From contig OX597820.1 of assembly GCA_951406725.2 (NCBI GenBank), positions 97,588,001 to 97,652,000 of the forward strand: a DNA stretch of 64,000 bases. The letters run 5' to 3'. The DNA is from Octopus vulgaris (lineage: Eukaryota). Every line of letters starts with the position of its first letter. The first letter of the stretch is position 1. The notes beneath the pieces are model-generated. The model was given only the letters and a program-made list of their open reading frames with translations. It was not told the origin of the DNA and did no database searches. This document shows, piece after piece, positions 1-13,654 of the stretch. The position numbers and the translations under genes were made by a program.

Positions 1-310
1 GTCCAGTACTTATTCTATCGGTCTCTTTTTGCCGAACCGCTAAGTGACGGGGACATAAACACACCAGCATCGGTTGTCAAGCTATGCTAGGGGGACAAAC
101 ACAGACACACAAACACACACGCACATATACATATATACATATATACGACGGGCTTCTTTCAGTTTCCGTCTACCAAATCCACTCACAAGGCTTTGGTCGG
201 CCCGAGGCTATAGTAGAAGACACTTTGCCCAAGGTGCCACGCAGTGGGACTGAACCCGGAACCATGTGGTTGGTAAGCAAGCTACTTACCACACAGCCAC
301 TCCTGCGCCT
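1..310 (-). mobile_element. tRNA-derived SINE, family 1 (3' end cut by window edge)
   Basis: Minus strand begins GGCGCAGGAGTGGCTGTGTGGTAAG (A-box-like) then GGGTTCAGTCCC (B-box-like). The body GACGGAAACTGAAAGAAGCCCGTCG, internal (TA)/(TG) tract and 3' part are shared with more than 10 copies in the window. Confidence 0.9.
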
Positions 311-415
<105 letters not shown>

Positions 416-420
416 ATATA

Positions 421-604
421 TATGAGCGGGTGCTGAAAGGTTCCTGGATTTGGGTAAAAGAAGACACAGGAGGATCAGTTAATTGTTATTTTATTCAATA
501 TATCCCCCTCTCAGATTCACGCACTTATTGCAGCGGTTGTTCAGTTTTTCTAAACCCTTTCGCGATATACAATTAAAGCCAGGAACTTTTCACACACCCT
601 CGTA
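421..604. mobile_element. Tc1/mariner-type MITE
   Basis: Imperfect ~30-bp TIRs TATGAGCGGGTGCTGAAAGGTTCCTGGATTT / AAAGCCAGGAACTTTTCACACACCCTCGTA with TA at both ends; inserted at the edge of a (TA)n tract. Confidence 0.8.
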
Positions 605-974
605 TATGCCTTTTATTATGTGTAAAACGTGTTAGAGTAACGTCTAAGCTTTAGGCCTGGTCAAGCAGGGCGTTAACAATGTGACTCAATGTCAGTTACT
701 TTCAGTTACATTAGATATACCTCGGAGGAAGTCATGAACAACGCAAACTCTCATTTATTTTTATTTCATTGCTTCAAACGTTGCAGACCTTGTGCCTAGG
801 TAAGCTAATCGATAGCGTTGTTGATTGACGTCATGTTTATTGATAACGACCATACTTTGGATCTGATGTGACCCAGGGTTCAATCGATAACTGAGTGCGC
901 ACGCACACTTATACACCCACACAAATACACAAACACGTACGCATATACTCGAACTTTCAGACGCACACTCACAT

Positions 975-993
975 ATATATACACACACAAACG

Positions 994-1064
<71 letters not shown>

Positions 1065-1225
1065 TTAGGTACGCACATATTCACATGAACACTGAGATAC
1101 GAACTAGCTGACACATTCTCATATATTCTCATCTACGTATACTCATAAAACACACACACACACATACACACTCGCATACATACACTTGAGCGCACGTAAT
1201 ACACAAGCAATATATATACATATAC

Positions 1226-1305
<80 letters not shown>

Positions 1306-1370
1306 GTATGTATATGTATATATATGTATATATATGTATATATATGTATATATATGTATATATATGAATA

Positions 1371-1438
<68 letters not shown>

Positions 1439-1441
1439 TAT

Positions 1442-1506
<65 letters not shown>
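975..1506. repeat. Compound (CA)n / (TA)n microsatellite block
   Basis: Seen directly; source of the YI/CV/TH pseudo-ORFs. Confidence 0.95.
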
Positions 1507-1507
<1 letters not shown>

Positions 1508-1508
<1 letters not shown>

Positions 1509-1672
1509 ACAGGCTTATTCTCACTTTCCGTCTACCAAATCCACTCACGAAGCTTTGGGTGGCCCCAGGCTATAGTAGCAGACACTTGCCGAAGGTACCA
1601 CTGTAGGGGGACTGAATCTGGAACCATGGGGTTTGGAAATAAACTTCTTATCACAGTCGTACCTACGCCTAT
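1508..1672 (-). mobile_element. SINE family 1, diverged 5' part
   Basis: TTTCCGTCTACCAAATCCACTCAC...CTATAGTAGCAGACACTTGCC matches 130-310. Confidence 0.8.
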
Positions 1673-1991
1673 ATACATAACCAAATAAAAAAACCCACAA
1701 AAAAAGCAAACAACAAACAAGAAAATCCCATATAAGGAGGTATTGATCACGGTTAGAAATATTTTTGATTACTGATCTGTTTGGTCTGGACTAACGACAT
1801 GAACGTCATAGTTATTTGCTGGATTTCCCGTCGGTTGCCTCGATGAGGGTTCCGTAGTTCAACCAAGAGAATTCCTGCTCGTAAATTTAACATATCCCCA
1901 ATGTAGTTCCAAGGCCGAGATTACGTAACGGTATGTGTCACGGCAAGATCATTAAATTGCAGGCACAATACAATCGCACATGTGTGTGTAT

Positions 1992-2045
<54 letters not shown>

Positions 2046-2057
2046 GGGAGAGAGAGA

Positions 2058-2093
<36 letters not shown>

Positions 2094-2560
2094 AAATAGA
2101 GCCCAGTATTAATCAGATATTTATCTATCAATTCCGGAAAGATGAAGTTAAAGTTAACTTGGAAAGGATTTAAGCTCAGAGTTCACAGACTCAGAATGAG
2201 CATCGTAAGGCAGTCTAACCTACCTTTAACGACTATGCTAGTTTTCCCCTTTCATATGATTGTATGGAAATTGTGAGAGTGTCCCTTTAGTGATTTCTCC
2301 GAACGCCGTTACTCGAGCTAAATTTGGTCACCTAGCAAACCGGGAAAGCGAAACGGTTTCAAATTTTTGTTCTTAGTACTTTAATTCACACCATTAGCAT
2401 CTTTAATAGACTCAGGTGTCGGGGAGAAAAGTTTGTATTTACATAGTTATATTTCTCTTATTCCGCATAAAAGCCTCTACGAAAACAACAGCCAAGTCTC
2501 TCTCAATTCGCAGATTAAAATATTAAGATGCAGACATATTAAACAAAGTAATATTATATA

Positions 2561-2642
2561 AACCTCAGTTTCTAGACATGAGTGGTCCCGAAACCAAGGC
2601 CTCTACCACAATTTTTTAAAAATACGGTGGAAAACCACCACT

Positions 2643-2682
<40 letters not shown>

Positions 2683-2764
2683 AGTGGTGGTTTTCCACCA
2701 TATGTTTTAAAAATCGTGGTAGAAGCCTTAGTTTCGGGACCACTCATGTCTAGAAACTGAGGTT
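2561..2764. repeat. ~86-bp inverted repeat centred on (TA)n at the 5' end of an RTE LINE
   Basis: AACCTCAGTTTCTAGACATGAGTGGTCCCGAAAC...ACCACCACTATCA (2561-2646) is the reverse complement of 2679-2764 with a few mismatches. Confidence 0.9.
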
Positions 2765-4932
2765 GGGAGTAAGAAAGGGCATGCTCCCCGTAGAAAATCC
2801 AGCTACGAAAAAACCTCATGAAAATAGCAAAGAAGAATGGGCACCACCCAGCCCAAAGATTGGGGTGGGATGCACCTGTCTACCTGAAAAAGGAAGGTGC
2901 AAACCCTTATCCTGGGTTGCGCAAGCATGACTTGCCTTATGATGGCCGACGACCTGAGGAGAAGCTTGGGGTGAGGTTGGGAAGTTGGAATGTGGGCAGT
3001 CTGTGTGGAAGGGGAACTGAGGTGTGTGAGGAATTGAGGAAGAGGAGGGTGAATGTGTGCTGTGTGCAGGAGGTTAGGTCGAGGGGCCAGGGTGCAAGAT
3101 TTGTGGGGGTCAAGGGAGGAATGTACAAGTTGTGGTGGTCGGGAAATAACAGGGAGACTGGAGGTGTGGGAATTTTGGTGAAGGAAGAAATCTGTGAGAA
3201 GGTGGTGGAGATCAGGAGAAAGAGTGACAGAGTGATGACAGTAGTGTTAGCATTTGAGGAAGAAGTGGTGAGGGTGATTTGAGGGTATGGTCCGCAAAGT
3301 GGAAGAGGGATCGCTGAGAAAGAGCAGGTCTTTGATGAAATGGCGAATGAGTGGGACTTACAAAAGGTAGATGATCTGGTTTTGGGCATGGGTGATTTTA
3401 ATAGTCATGTTGGGAAATGGATCCAGGGCTTTGAGGGTGTGCATGAGAGGAAATGGAATTGGGGAGAGAAATTTGGAAACAAGGATGCTGTTAGAGTTTT
3501 GTGATGAGAAAGAGTTGTGTGTGGCGAATACGTGGTATAGGAAAACGGACAAAAGGAAGGTGACTTTCAGCGCAGGAAGGAATGAGACAGAGGTTAATTT
3601 CGTGTTAATTGGCAGGAAAAACAGAGAATATCTGAGATATGTGAAGACAATACAAAGGGAGTTGCAGCACAGGTTGGTGGTTGCTGACTTGAATAAGAGG
3701 AAAGTTTTTAAAATGTGTGAGAAGAAAGGTGTGGAAACTGAAGGAAGAAGAAACAAGAGCAAGGTTTGAGGAGAGAGTTGGGGAGTTGGTAAGCATTGAT
3801 GCACCGGATTTGTGGAAGTCTTTTAAAGAATGGGTGCTAAAGGCATGTAGCGAAGTATGTGGAAGGACGAAGGGTAAGAGCGATCGAGGAAATATGTGGT
3901 GGTAGAACGAGGAGGTGAGGGATGCGATAGCGAGGAAGAAGGAGGCGCACAAAGGTTTATGTAATAATATGACTGAGCAAATGAAAGCCAGGTATAATAA
4001 CACGAAGAATCGTGTAAAGAGGGTGGCTGCGAGATCTATGAATATGGAGGCTGAGGAGAGGTTGAGCGGGCTGGATGAGAACTCGGATAGAGCGTTTAGG
4101 TTTATTAAATCAAAGAAAATTGATTGAAGAGATGTTGAGGGAGGAAGATACACGGTGGGGAGTGATGGAAGGTTGAATTTTAGTGAGAAGGACAATGGAA
4201 GGCTTTGGAAGGAGCATATGGAGGGAATTATGAATAATGGTGAAGGGGACAGTGGAGAGGGTTAGTCGGGAAGAAGTAGAGGCAATGAAGGAAATGAAAA
4301 CAGGAAAGGCAGCTGGTCCATCAGAAGTAAGTGTGGAAATGATAACTGCAAGTGGAGAGATAGAGATTGTTGTGATGATAGAGCTCTACCAGGGCGAGCT
4401 GGATGGAAGCTGGATGCCAGATGACTGGGCACTAAGTGTGGTGGTACCGATCTTCAAAGGGAAAGGGGATGCGATGAGTTGTGGGGCGTATAGAGGAGGG
4501 AAGTTATTGGAGCATGCAATGAAGATTGTGGATAGGGTACAGGAGAGGTGAATTCGGAAAGGGGTGGATATGGATGAGATGCAATTTGGTTTTATGCCAG
4601 GAAGTGGGGAAGGAACAATAGATGCAGTGTTCATTGTAAGGAGATTGTAGAAGGAATGCCGAGATAATGGGAAGGAGTTGTATATGTGCTTCGTTGATCT
4701 GGAGAAAACATTTGATAAGGTTCCAAGGAAGGTGATTGAGTGGGCACTGAGGAAGAGAGGTACTAGAGGTAATAGTGAGAGCAGTGATTAGTTTGTATGA
4801 GGGGGTAAAGACAAGAGTGAGAATTGGATCAGAGCTGTCGGAGGATTTTGCGGTGGAAGTTGGTGTGCATCAGGGATCTGTGTTGTCACCATTGTTGTTT
4901 GTAATAATGGTTAATATGACGGAGAGTACAAG
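2765..4932 (+). mobile_element. RTE-clade LINE pseudogene: AP endonuclease plus N-terminal RT, truncated before the YADD motif
   Basis: RLGSWNVGSL, CCVQEVR, GGVGILV and GDFN (APE domain); MKTGKAAGPSEV, VVVPIFKGKGD, QFGFMPG, MCFVDLEKTFD, VGVHQGSVLSPLLF (RT domain). Many stops and frameshifts. Confidence 0.92.
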
Positions 4933-5660
4933 AAAGATCAGGAAGCATCATGGTGGTGGCTCAGCAAGGGTGACCTAAAAAAGAAGAATGAAAACCTAAT
5001 CATCGCTGCTCAGGATCAGGCATTGAATACCGATTCAGTGAAAATATATATATACCACACAAGTGCAGCGAACCTCTGCAGAATGTGTGAGAAGAGGGCC
5101 GAAAGCGTGACTCACATTGATCGTGCTTGTGAAAGTCTTGCACAGAAAGCATACAAGCGCAGACACGACAAAGTTGCGCAGAACCTTCACTGGCTACTAT
5201 GCCGGAAGTATGGTCACGAGGTAACGGGTGCTTGGTGCCAACATACACCAGAAATAGTAATGGACGAAAAGGGGAAGCCAAATATCCTCTGGGACTTTGA
5301 CTTCCAAGTAGACAAGGTGTTAGAGCACTGAAGGTTGGACGTAGTAACCTTTAGGCGGGAGAAACAAGAGTGCCTAATAATCGACATGGTAGTGCCAGGA
5401 GATCAGCTTATCGATAAATATGGAGACTGAGAAATGAGATCGTAAAGATTGTCCCTGTTGTCATCGGAACATTGGGTTCGATACCACCCAACCTGAAGAA
5501 ACATCTGGAAACTTTAGAAATACCCTACAATCTAGGTGCATTGCAAGAATCGGCATTACTTGGAACAGCACGCATATTGCGTAAAGTACTGTCTGTCTGA
5601 GGTCCTTGTTGTGACTTGACAGACAGTACAAATCCCCGTTAGACACAATATCTTCAATCA
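4933..5660 (+). mobile_element. 3' fragment of an R4/Dong-like LINE (CCHC zinc knuckle plus restriction-like endonuclease)
   Basis: CRMC..ESVTHI..C, YKRRHDKVA, ILWDF..QVD..LEH, CLIIDM..P, ALLGTARILRKVL ending in TGA at 5598-5600. Confidence 0.88.
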
Positions 5661-5680
5661 ATGTTACGATACTGGATACT

Positions 5681-5877
5681 TATTTCTTTACCACCCACAA
5701 GGGGCCAAACACAGAGGGGACAAACAAGGACAGACATAGGTATTAAGTCGATTATATCGACCCCAGTGCGTAACTGGTACTTATTTAATCGACCCCGAAA
5801 GGATGAAAGGTAAAGTCGACCTCGGCGGAATTTGAACTCAGAACGTAACGGGAGACGAAATACGGCTACGCATTTAG
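5681..5877 (-). mobile_element. SINE family 2, tail type A, 5'-truncated, 8-bp TSD
   Basis: Core GAGGTCGACTTTACCTTTCATCCTTTCGGGGTCGA and tail ...GTGGTAAAGAAATA; TSD TGGATACT at 5673-5680 and 5878-5885. Confidence 0.9.
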
Positions 5878-6666
5878 TGGATACTGTGCAACAACTTAAA
5901 TAATAATAATAATAACAATGACAACAACAATATATAATTAATACCTTTATATGCACTTCATACAAGACCCCTATATGATCGTTCCACCTGCTGGGAACAA
6001 TAACCTAATCTCATTTTAAATTAGACCCTAAAGTCTTTCAACCGGAAGGTCACATTAGCTAATGTATCTCTAGCCATAAGCTATGTCTGAAAATGGTCGT
6101 ATGATCACGGAACGAATGTTTTAGATCATATTTATGTTTGACTAATGTTAGAGAACTGCAACAAGGCATTGTGGCTTCGTGAATTCCACAGAATGTTGCT
6201 ATGTCGTCAAAGATCTGCGGAACATATTGATTTCGTGAAATATTTTTATAATCCAAGGTTTACTCTAATAGGAAACCTACTGTAACCCATGATCAACTAC
6301 ATTATAGTCATAAATATGTCATATTTTATTAAGACAGTGTAACTGGGACTATTCAATATATCTTTAACATTTTTAATGCAATAAGGTGTGATTTGAGAGA
6401 TATTTGGTTGCTATTATAGCTGTTTGAACGACTCCATCAAAAACTTCATACCTCTTTTCTGCCTGTATTCCTGTGGTATATCTTCCACCAAGGGGCCATT
6501 CACACATACACTAGAAAGAATCGTAGATATGAGGGTTACAAAACGTGGGGCTGCAAAACAGGTTATATGTAAGCAAAATGGGTACGGACGTTGTTCAATG
6601 AACGCATTAAATTTGATGTAGAACACATACACACACATACATATTCACACACACACGTACACACTG

Positions 6667-6739
<73 letters not shown>

Positions 6740-7579
6740 CAATATATGTATACATCTGTGTAAATATGCTTATATATATATATATAAATGGTACAAATAT
6801 GCACCAATATTTACTGGAAATCGCATTCGATACACACACACACGCACACATACACAAACACACGCACACATACACAAACACACGCACGTACGCACGCACA
6901 CACACACACGCGCACACACACGCACGCACACACACACACATGCACACACACACACATATATACGCACGTGCATACACATGGATGCTAAAACACGCCTGCA
7001 CATGCGCATATGCATATGCGACAAGCACCCAATTTCTCTGTTTCTATCCCTAGTAGGATATAGCTGCTCTCTGTTCCCTAACTGGACGCCTTGCTAGATT
7101 TAATTACAAGGGAATTCTCTGTTTCATCATACAGGTTTCTGGAATTCTAGGGCAAATTTCACGCACCATTGCCACCCAATGGCTACAAAACTTCATAATC
7201 TGCAATATTCATGCGAGAAATGAAACACATAACATACTTGAAAGAGATATTTTGATTTTGATATTATTTCAAGATAATATTAAAGTTTTTTCTTTTTCTT
7301 CGCTAAATCTAGACAGTCTACATTTTAAAGGTATAAAGTTTTAAAATCAAAACTCAGTGAAAACGATGTTTTCAGATAAAAAGCAAAACAAAATTTTATA
7401 TTTTCTTAGTAAAACGATAAGCTTCTGTTACCATATTTATTCTCTTGAAACCGCCTCGACACTGGAATAATTGGTAAGACACCAGTATTCGAAATTTAGA
7501 ATATATAGATTTCGATTCTTATCTAGAGACCTCCACCTCCAACAAGAATATGCATGTCTCTATATATATATAAGTATAT

Positions 7580-7634
<55 letters not shown>

Positions 7635-7764
7635 CATAATACATTTATATACAAACATATATATATATATACGTACATACATTTATATACAAACATATAT
7701 ATATATATATACATATACATACATATATATACATATACATACATATATATACATATATACATAC

Positions 7765-8290
7765 TAGCTCACTCTTTTACCTACGGACCTCGTAGCCCCT
7801 AGATGGTAGATTATATGCCTTCAACTTATGGGGCTTCTAGGCCATGTTTTCTTTCCTTTTCCTTCTTCCCTTTATATCTTATGGTCTTGATTTTTACTCG
7901 GATGAAGCTCCGTGCCTTAATTCGAATGTCTTATGAAGATGAAGAACTTTATTCTCGCATTTATTTATAGACAGCGTTTTGGTAACGGATCGGAAACGGC
8001 TGTAAGTTATGTTACTTCACCTTTTTGCTATGTCATGCTTTGCATTAAAAAATAAGCTATAAGTGTGGTCCAATCGTTGTGTTTGTTAATCTGAGGTTTT
8101 CTCCAGTTTCTCATTATTTGCATTGGTTCTTTATTAAACTCTTGTTTATCCTGTTGTTACCTGCACTCCACGTGCATAGTGTGCCCGCACACCAATGCCT
8201 GGTGATAACACGGGTAACGGATACCGATAGTATACACAGATATTTTATCCCTTTGTCGGTTATTATAACCGCTAACTCTGTTTTCACTTG
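7765..8290 (+). mobile_element. Putative Penelope-like pLTR fragment with a variant hammerhead motif and long stem II
   Basis: ACT-CGGATGA-A...GAAA-CGGCTG-TA-AGT (7896-8007); bounded by (TA)n and (CA)n. Confidence 0.4.
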
Positions 8291-8368
<78 letters not shown>

Positions 8369-8389
8369 ACACACACACACAGACACACA

Positions 8390-8427
<38 letters not shown>

Positions 8428-8479
8428 CATAACAAGAATATTTATACATATATACCTCTCTAGATACATGTATGTATAG

Positions 8480-8640
8480 CGCAGGCGCATGTGTGTGGTA
8501 AGAAGCTTGCTTCCCAACCACATGGTTCCGGATTCAGTCCCACAGCGTGGTACCTACGGCAAGTGTCTGCTTCTATAGCCTTCTGCCGACCAAAGCCTTG
8601 TAAGTGGACTTCGTATACAAAAACTAAAAGAAGCCCATTT
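8480..8640 (+). mobile_element. SINE family 1, 5' part
   Basis: GTGTGGTAAGAAGCTTGCTTCCCAACCACATGGTTCCGGATTCAGTCCC. Confidence 0.85.
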
Positions 8641-8809
8641 TATATAAATATTGTATAAAAGATCGTGGGTAAGGCCAAACAAAATGCGAAGTAAATGCAA
8701 GGTAAATCACAAAAAAATAGGTGAATTAATGTAGACTTACCTTGTATTCAATATTTCGCGGTTATGGCCCCATTTTCAAGAAATTGACGAATGGTGCCGA
8801 TGTGCGTGT

Positions 8810-8992
8810 GTACCATGATTGACCGCTAATTCCCCCCAATTTTTTTTTTGTATATCCTCTCTCCGTTTATTTCATCGTGTTCCTTTCTGTTGTAGAGCGT
8901 AGGCTTGAAACGTAAAAGACTTTCTCACCTTCCTAAGCGTCAAACTAATACACCTGCTTGTTGTTTTCGTCTTCTGCTTTTCTGTAAATTTC

Positions 8993-8996
<4 letters not shown>
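8810..8996 (+). mobile_element. Hammerhead-like pLTR repeat, family P1 (degenerate copy)
   Basis: CTTTCTGTTGTAGAGCGTAGGCTTGAAACGTAAAAG (8883-8918); homologous to 49541-49704; ends in (TA)n. Confidence 0.7.
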
Positions 8997-9039
<43 letters not shown>

Positions 9040-9308
9040 ATTCTTGGGCAACAAGTTTTCAAATGCATAAGGAACACACAAGCGCACACACACAAACTCT
9101 GTTATATATATATATATATATATATAAAATACAAAATGGGACAAGAACGCAAAACATCCAGACAGTTAGGTGTACAAAAAAGCGACAACAAAACTTCCAG
9201 ATAGACGATACAAAGAAAACAAAGACGGGTCATTCGGAGTTTTCTTTCCTCAGTCGAGTTCCAGATTATCTTTGCAATTTCGACTGGTTAAACTCGAGAT
9301 TGCTCCAT

Positions 9309-9719
9309 AGGCGTAGGAATGGCTGTGTGGTAAGTAGCTTGCTTACCAACCACATGGTTCCGGGTTCAATCCCACTGCGTAGCACCTTAGGCAAGTGTCT
9401 TCTCCTATAACCTCGGGTCGACCAAAGCCTTGTGAGTGGATTTGGTAGACGGAAACTGAAAGACGCCCGTCGTATATATGTATTTATGTGTGTGCGTGTG
9501 TGTGTATGTTTGTGTGTCTGTTTTTGTCCTCCTAGCATTGCTTGACAACCGATGTTGCTGTGTTTATGTCCCCATCACTTAGCGGTTCGGCAAAAGAGAC
9601 CAATAGAATAAGTACTAGGCTTACAAGGAATAAGTCCCGGAGTCGATTTGCTCGACTAAAGGCGGTGCTCCAGCATCGCCACAGTCAAATCACTGAAACG
9701 AGTAAAAGAGTAAAAGAGA
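9309..9719 (+). mobile_element. SINE family 1, full length
   Basis: tRNA-like head, body, internal (TA)(TG) tract and 3' tail ending in GTAAAAGA repeats. Confidence 0.92.
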
Positions 9720-9794
9720 ATCTGGCCAGCCCCAAGGAAAAACTAAGCTAAGGGCATTAGATTCCTTTGAAGATCACAGCGAATGTATACGAAA

Positions 9795-10700
9795 GCAAGG
9801 ACACGCACCAGCGTCATTCGTGATCTGCTTTTTGCGCTCGCTGCTGTACTAGTAGCGACTTCGTTAGAAGAAGCTCAGAAACTTCGAGACCGGTTTTCTG
9901 CAGCATGTAAAAACCTCAGCTTGATCATCAGCTTAAAGAAGACAGAAGTGATCCACCAACCTTGCCCTACTCCTAAGTAAATTCGAGGCGTTAAGCACAG
10001 GCAGCCGGTTCACTATTCCCTTGACACTCCTATACAGGTTGACGGGAAAAGGTATTAAACTTGATACTAAAGTACAGGCCTGTAAAACTGCAATTCTTAT
10101 GGTTCTCTTGTATGGCTCGGAATCGTAGACACTCTATAGGTAACACATTAACCAACTATGTGTCTTCCACAAAGTCTGTTTCAGGACAATCTACGGATAT
10201 TCACTAAAAGACAGAGAGTCTAACGTCGACCTGTTTAGCAAGTGTAAGATTGGTGGAATCGAGAGCTTCCTTATGCTGTCGCAATTGCGCTGGGTTGGCC
10301 ATGTCGTCAGAATGAATGACGAAAGAACACCCGAAGTTCTCGTATACAGCCAGCTTGATAGTGGGCACAAGAATGTTGGTCGAACATGGCACAGATATAA
10401 GGACAAGCTGAAGAGTCAATATAGCCTACAACACCTTTGAGTAAACAGCCTTGGAGCGAATAAAATGGAGATCGTCGCGTCAAAATGGTAACAGGCTTAA
10501 TAGTGCAAAGCAAAGAAGAAAAGTTGCTGCAAATGTACCGCCTGCAGTGACCCGCAATCCTCATACTTGCAGCATCTGCTGGCTTTTTTACAAATCATTG
10601 GCAGGATTCAAATTTGACATAATCATTTGACATAATCATTATGATTGACAAAAAAGTGTCGGATCCTCACAACTCGAAACCGATTGGGGGAAGTCCATCA
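9795..10700 (+). mobile_element. RTE-clade LINE, 3' fragment with internal deletions
   Basis: IRDLLFA(DD-degenerate)..., SLKKTEVIHQP, LLYGSES, LRWVGHVVRMNDERTP; followed by (TACA)n. Confidence 0.85.
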
Positions 10701-10707
10701 TATTCAT

Positions 10708-10860
10708 ATACATACATACATACATACATACATACATACATACATACATACATACATACATACATACATACATACATACATACATACATACATACATACA
10801 TACATACATACATACATACATACATACATACATACATACATACATACATACATACATACA

Positions 10861-10892
<32 letters not shown>
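10708..10892. repeat. (TACA)n microsatellite
   Basis: Seen directly. Confidence 0.95.
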
Positions 10893-10894
<2 letters not shown>

Positions 10895-10993
10895 GTTAAT
10901 CCAAACACGAAAACACAAAGAGAAAACACAACTCGTGGACGTGGAACAAGTATAGTGTTATTGGACGCCCAGGAAAGGAAGGAAAGAAGGAGG

Positions 10994-11028
10994 ATTTAAC
11001 GTTTCGAGCGGAGCTCTTCGTCAGAAAC
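10994..11028 (-). ncRNA. Minimal type I hammerhead ribozyme motif within a ~200-bp repeat (10893-11100)
   Basis: Minus strand reads TTT-CTGACGA-A-GAGC-TCC-GCTC-GAAA-CG-TT-AAA: intact core, stem II GAGC/GCTC and palindromic AACGTT stem III. Confidence 0.75.
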
Positions 11029-11187
11029 ATAGGAAAGGGAAAGATCCAAGGAAGGGAAGACGGAGGAAAAAAAATCGCCAACGGTACACACGCAGTCGTA
11101 CATATACATGAATGCATACATACATACATACATACATACATACATACATACATACATACAATACATGCATGCATACATACATACATA

Positions 11188-11250
<63 letters not shown>

Positions 11251-12144
11251 TAATTTTGAAAGTGACTTCGAAGTTTCGTCAATTATAACGAAAATTGGAA
11301 GACACGGTCAGCCTTAAATTTGGAGAAATAAATGTGATACTGTTCTTAAGTGCATTGAGTGATGCCATAATTAATATTTCACTATTTTATGTGTTAAACT
11401 ACGTATAAAAACAGACATTAAATTTATTTACACACACGTATACATATACACGTGTACACACAAAGTCAGATATATCTAAACGTAGACACGAACTTATATG
11501 AACACGTTATGTATATATGTGTGCATGAACACATGCATGTATGTGTATACATTTTAAAAGTGAGTTTCATAAAGTAATGGGTTGTGAAAACTCTACTTCA
11601 TACTTTGTTTTCATGCCGCGTATCTAGGGATAAATCAAGTTGGCCACTCAAGGGATGATTTCACATATCCAGCTCAGCTGAACCGTGAACACTTTCGACA
11701 GTCTCGTTATATCATACTGGTCCTTCCCAATGTTTACAGAAGCACACTGGATTCATTGGCTCATATCACATATACTTACCCCACTGCATACGCACATACA
11801 CATACACACAGACATCTAGATACATACACACAGAGAGAAGAACTTGTAGCGTTGGCTAATAGGTTCAGTTCTTCTGTTTGCAGTGTAATTTGATGAGGGT
11901 AACAAACGATGGTAAAGTTTAACTGAGTTAAACGCGAGAAAATCACCCTTGAGTTTACCTTGGACACGGATGAGCTAATTAATTGGGGATTAATTATTTG
12001 GCGACCTAGTATATGTAGTAGGTGCGCCGTTTGTAAAAATACATTTAACTGCGCGTTCGCGCACACACTCACACATACATATATGCTGGTATGTGTATAT
12101 GTATATACATATATACGCATACATGTATGTATATATGTATATAT

Positions 12145-12377
12145 ATTTCCTTATTACCCACAAGGGGATAAACACAGAAGGGACAAACAAGGACAGACAA
12201 ACGGATTAAGTCGGTTACATCGACCCCAGTGCGTAACTGGTACTTAATTTATCGACCTCGAAAGAATGAAAGGCTAAGTCGACCTCGGCGGAATTTGAAC
12301 CCAGAACGTAACAACAGACGAAATACGGCTACGCATTTCGCCCGGCGTGCTAACGTTTCTGCCAACTCGCCGCCTTA
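12145..12377 (-). mobile_element. SINE family 2, tail A, full length
   Basis: Head AAGGCGGCGAGTTGGCAGAAACGTTAGCACGCC, B-box GGGTTCAAATTCC and the shared core. Confidence 0.92.
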
Positions 12378-12409
12378 TATGAATATATGTATATAGGTGT
12401 GTATGTGTA

Positions 12410-12907
<498 letters not shown>

Positions 12908-12985
12908 ATATATGTATATATATATATATATATATATTTGTATATTTATATATATATATATATGTATGTATGTATGTATGTGTGT

Positions 12986-13260
12986 GGAGGCGCAATGGCC
13001 AAGTGGTTAGGGCAGCGGACTAGCGGTCGTAGGATCGCGGTTTCGATTCCCAGACCGGGCGTTGTGAGTGTTTATTGAGCGAAAACACCTAAAAGCTCCA
13101 CGACGCTCCGGCAGGGGGTGGTGATCCCTGCTGTACTCTTTCACCACTCTTTCTTCTGTTGGCCTGCTCGCTTAGCCAGTCATTCGAAGGCTAAAACAAT
13201 GCGAACGCATTGTGACCAGCGATGTGTAATTACATCTGATGGACTGGTCGGTCACGTGAT

Positions 13261-13268
<8 letters not shown>
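12986..13268 (+). mobile_element. tRNA-derived SINE, family 3
   Basis: GGAGGCGCAATGGCCAAGTGGTTAGGGCAGCGGAC...GGTTTCGATTCCC head; homologous heads at 33300-33404, 63330-63436 and 63800 onward. Confidence 0.9.
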
Positions 13269-13309
<41 letters not shown>

Positions 13310-13377
13310 GTGTCTGTGTGTGTCTATCTGTCTGTGTGTATATATGTATATATGTTGTATGTGCGTATGTATATAGC

Positions 13378-13590
13378 TTCTTTTACGTACGAGAGAAGAT
13401 TTATGGAGTGGGATGTACTCGTCTGTTGCAGACTTGCTGATGCTCAACGAGTCAAATTGAGGACGGCGAGCTGACACGGCTTCACAGGACCTGCTCAGGA
13501 AGGCTGGTTGTTTAGTGTTGGTCGTAGTGTCTTTGTACCTCTTCTTTGGTGCTCCTCTTTCCATACCGCATAATCTTCGCAAATTGATGT
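13378..13590 (-). mobile_element. RTE LINE, extreme 3' fragment
   Basis: RGAPKKRYKDT motif typical of the post-RT region of RTE elements. Confidence 0.6.
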
Positions 13591-13654
13591 GTGTGCGTAT
13601 ATGTAAAAAAAATTATGGAAGTACATCAAGAATAATAATAGCTGATTCCGAGGT

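Noticed and set aside
12986-13060. tRNA gene candidates (also 33330, 51510, 63360, 63800)
   Set aside because: They are SINE heads: the acceptor stem is not closed and they continue into repeat bodies without a poly-T terminator.
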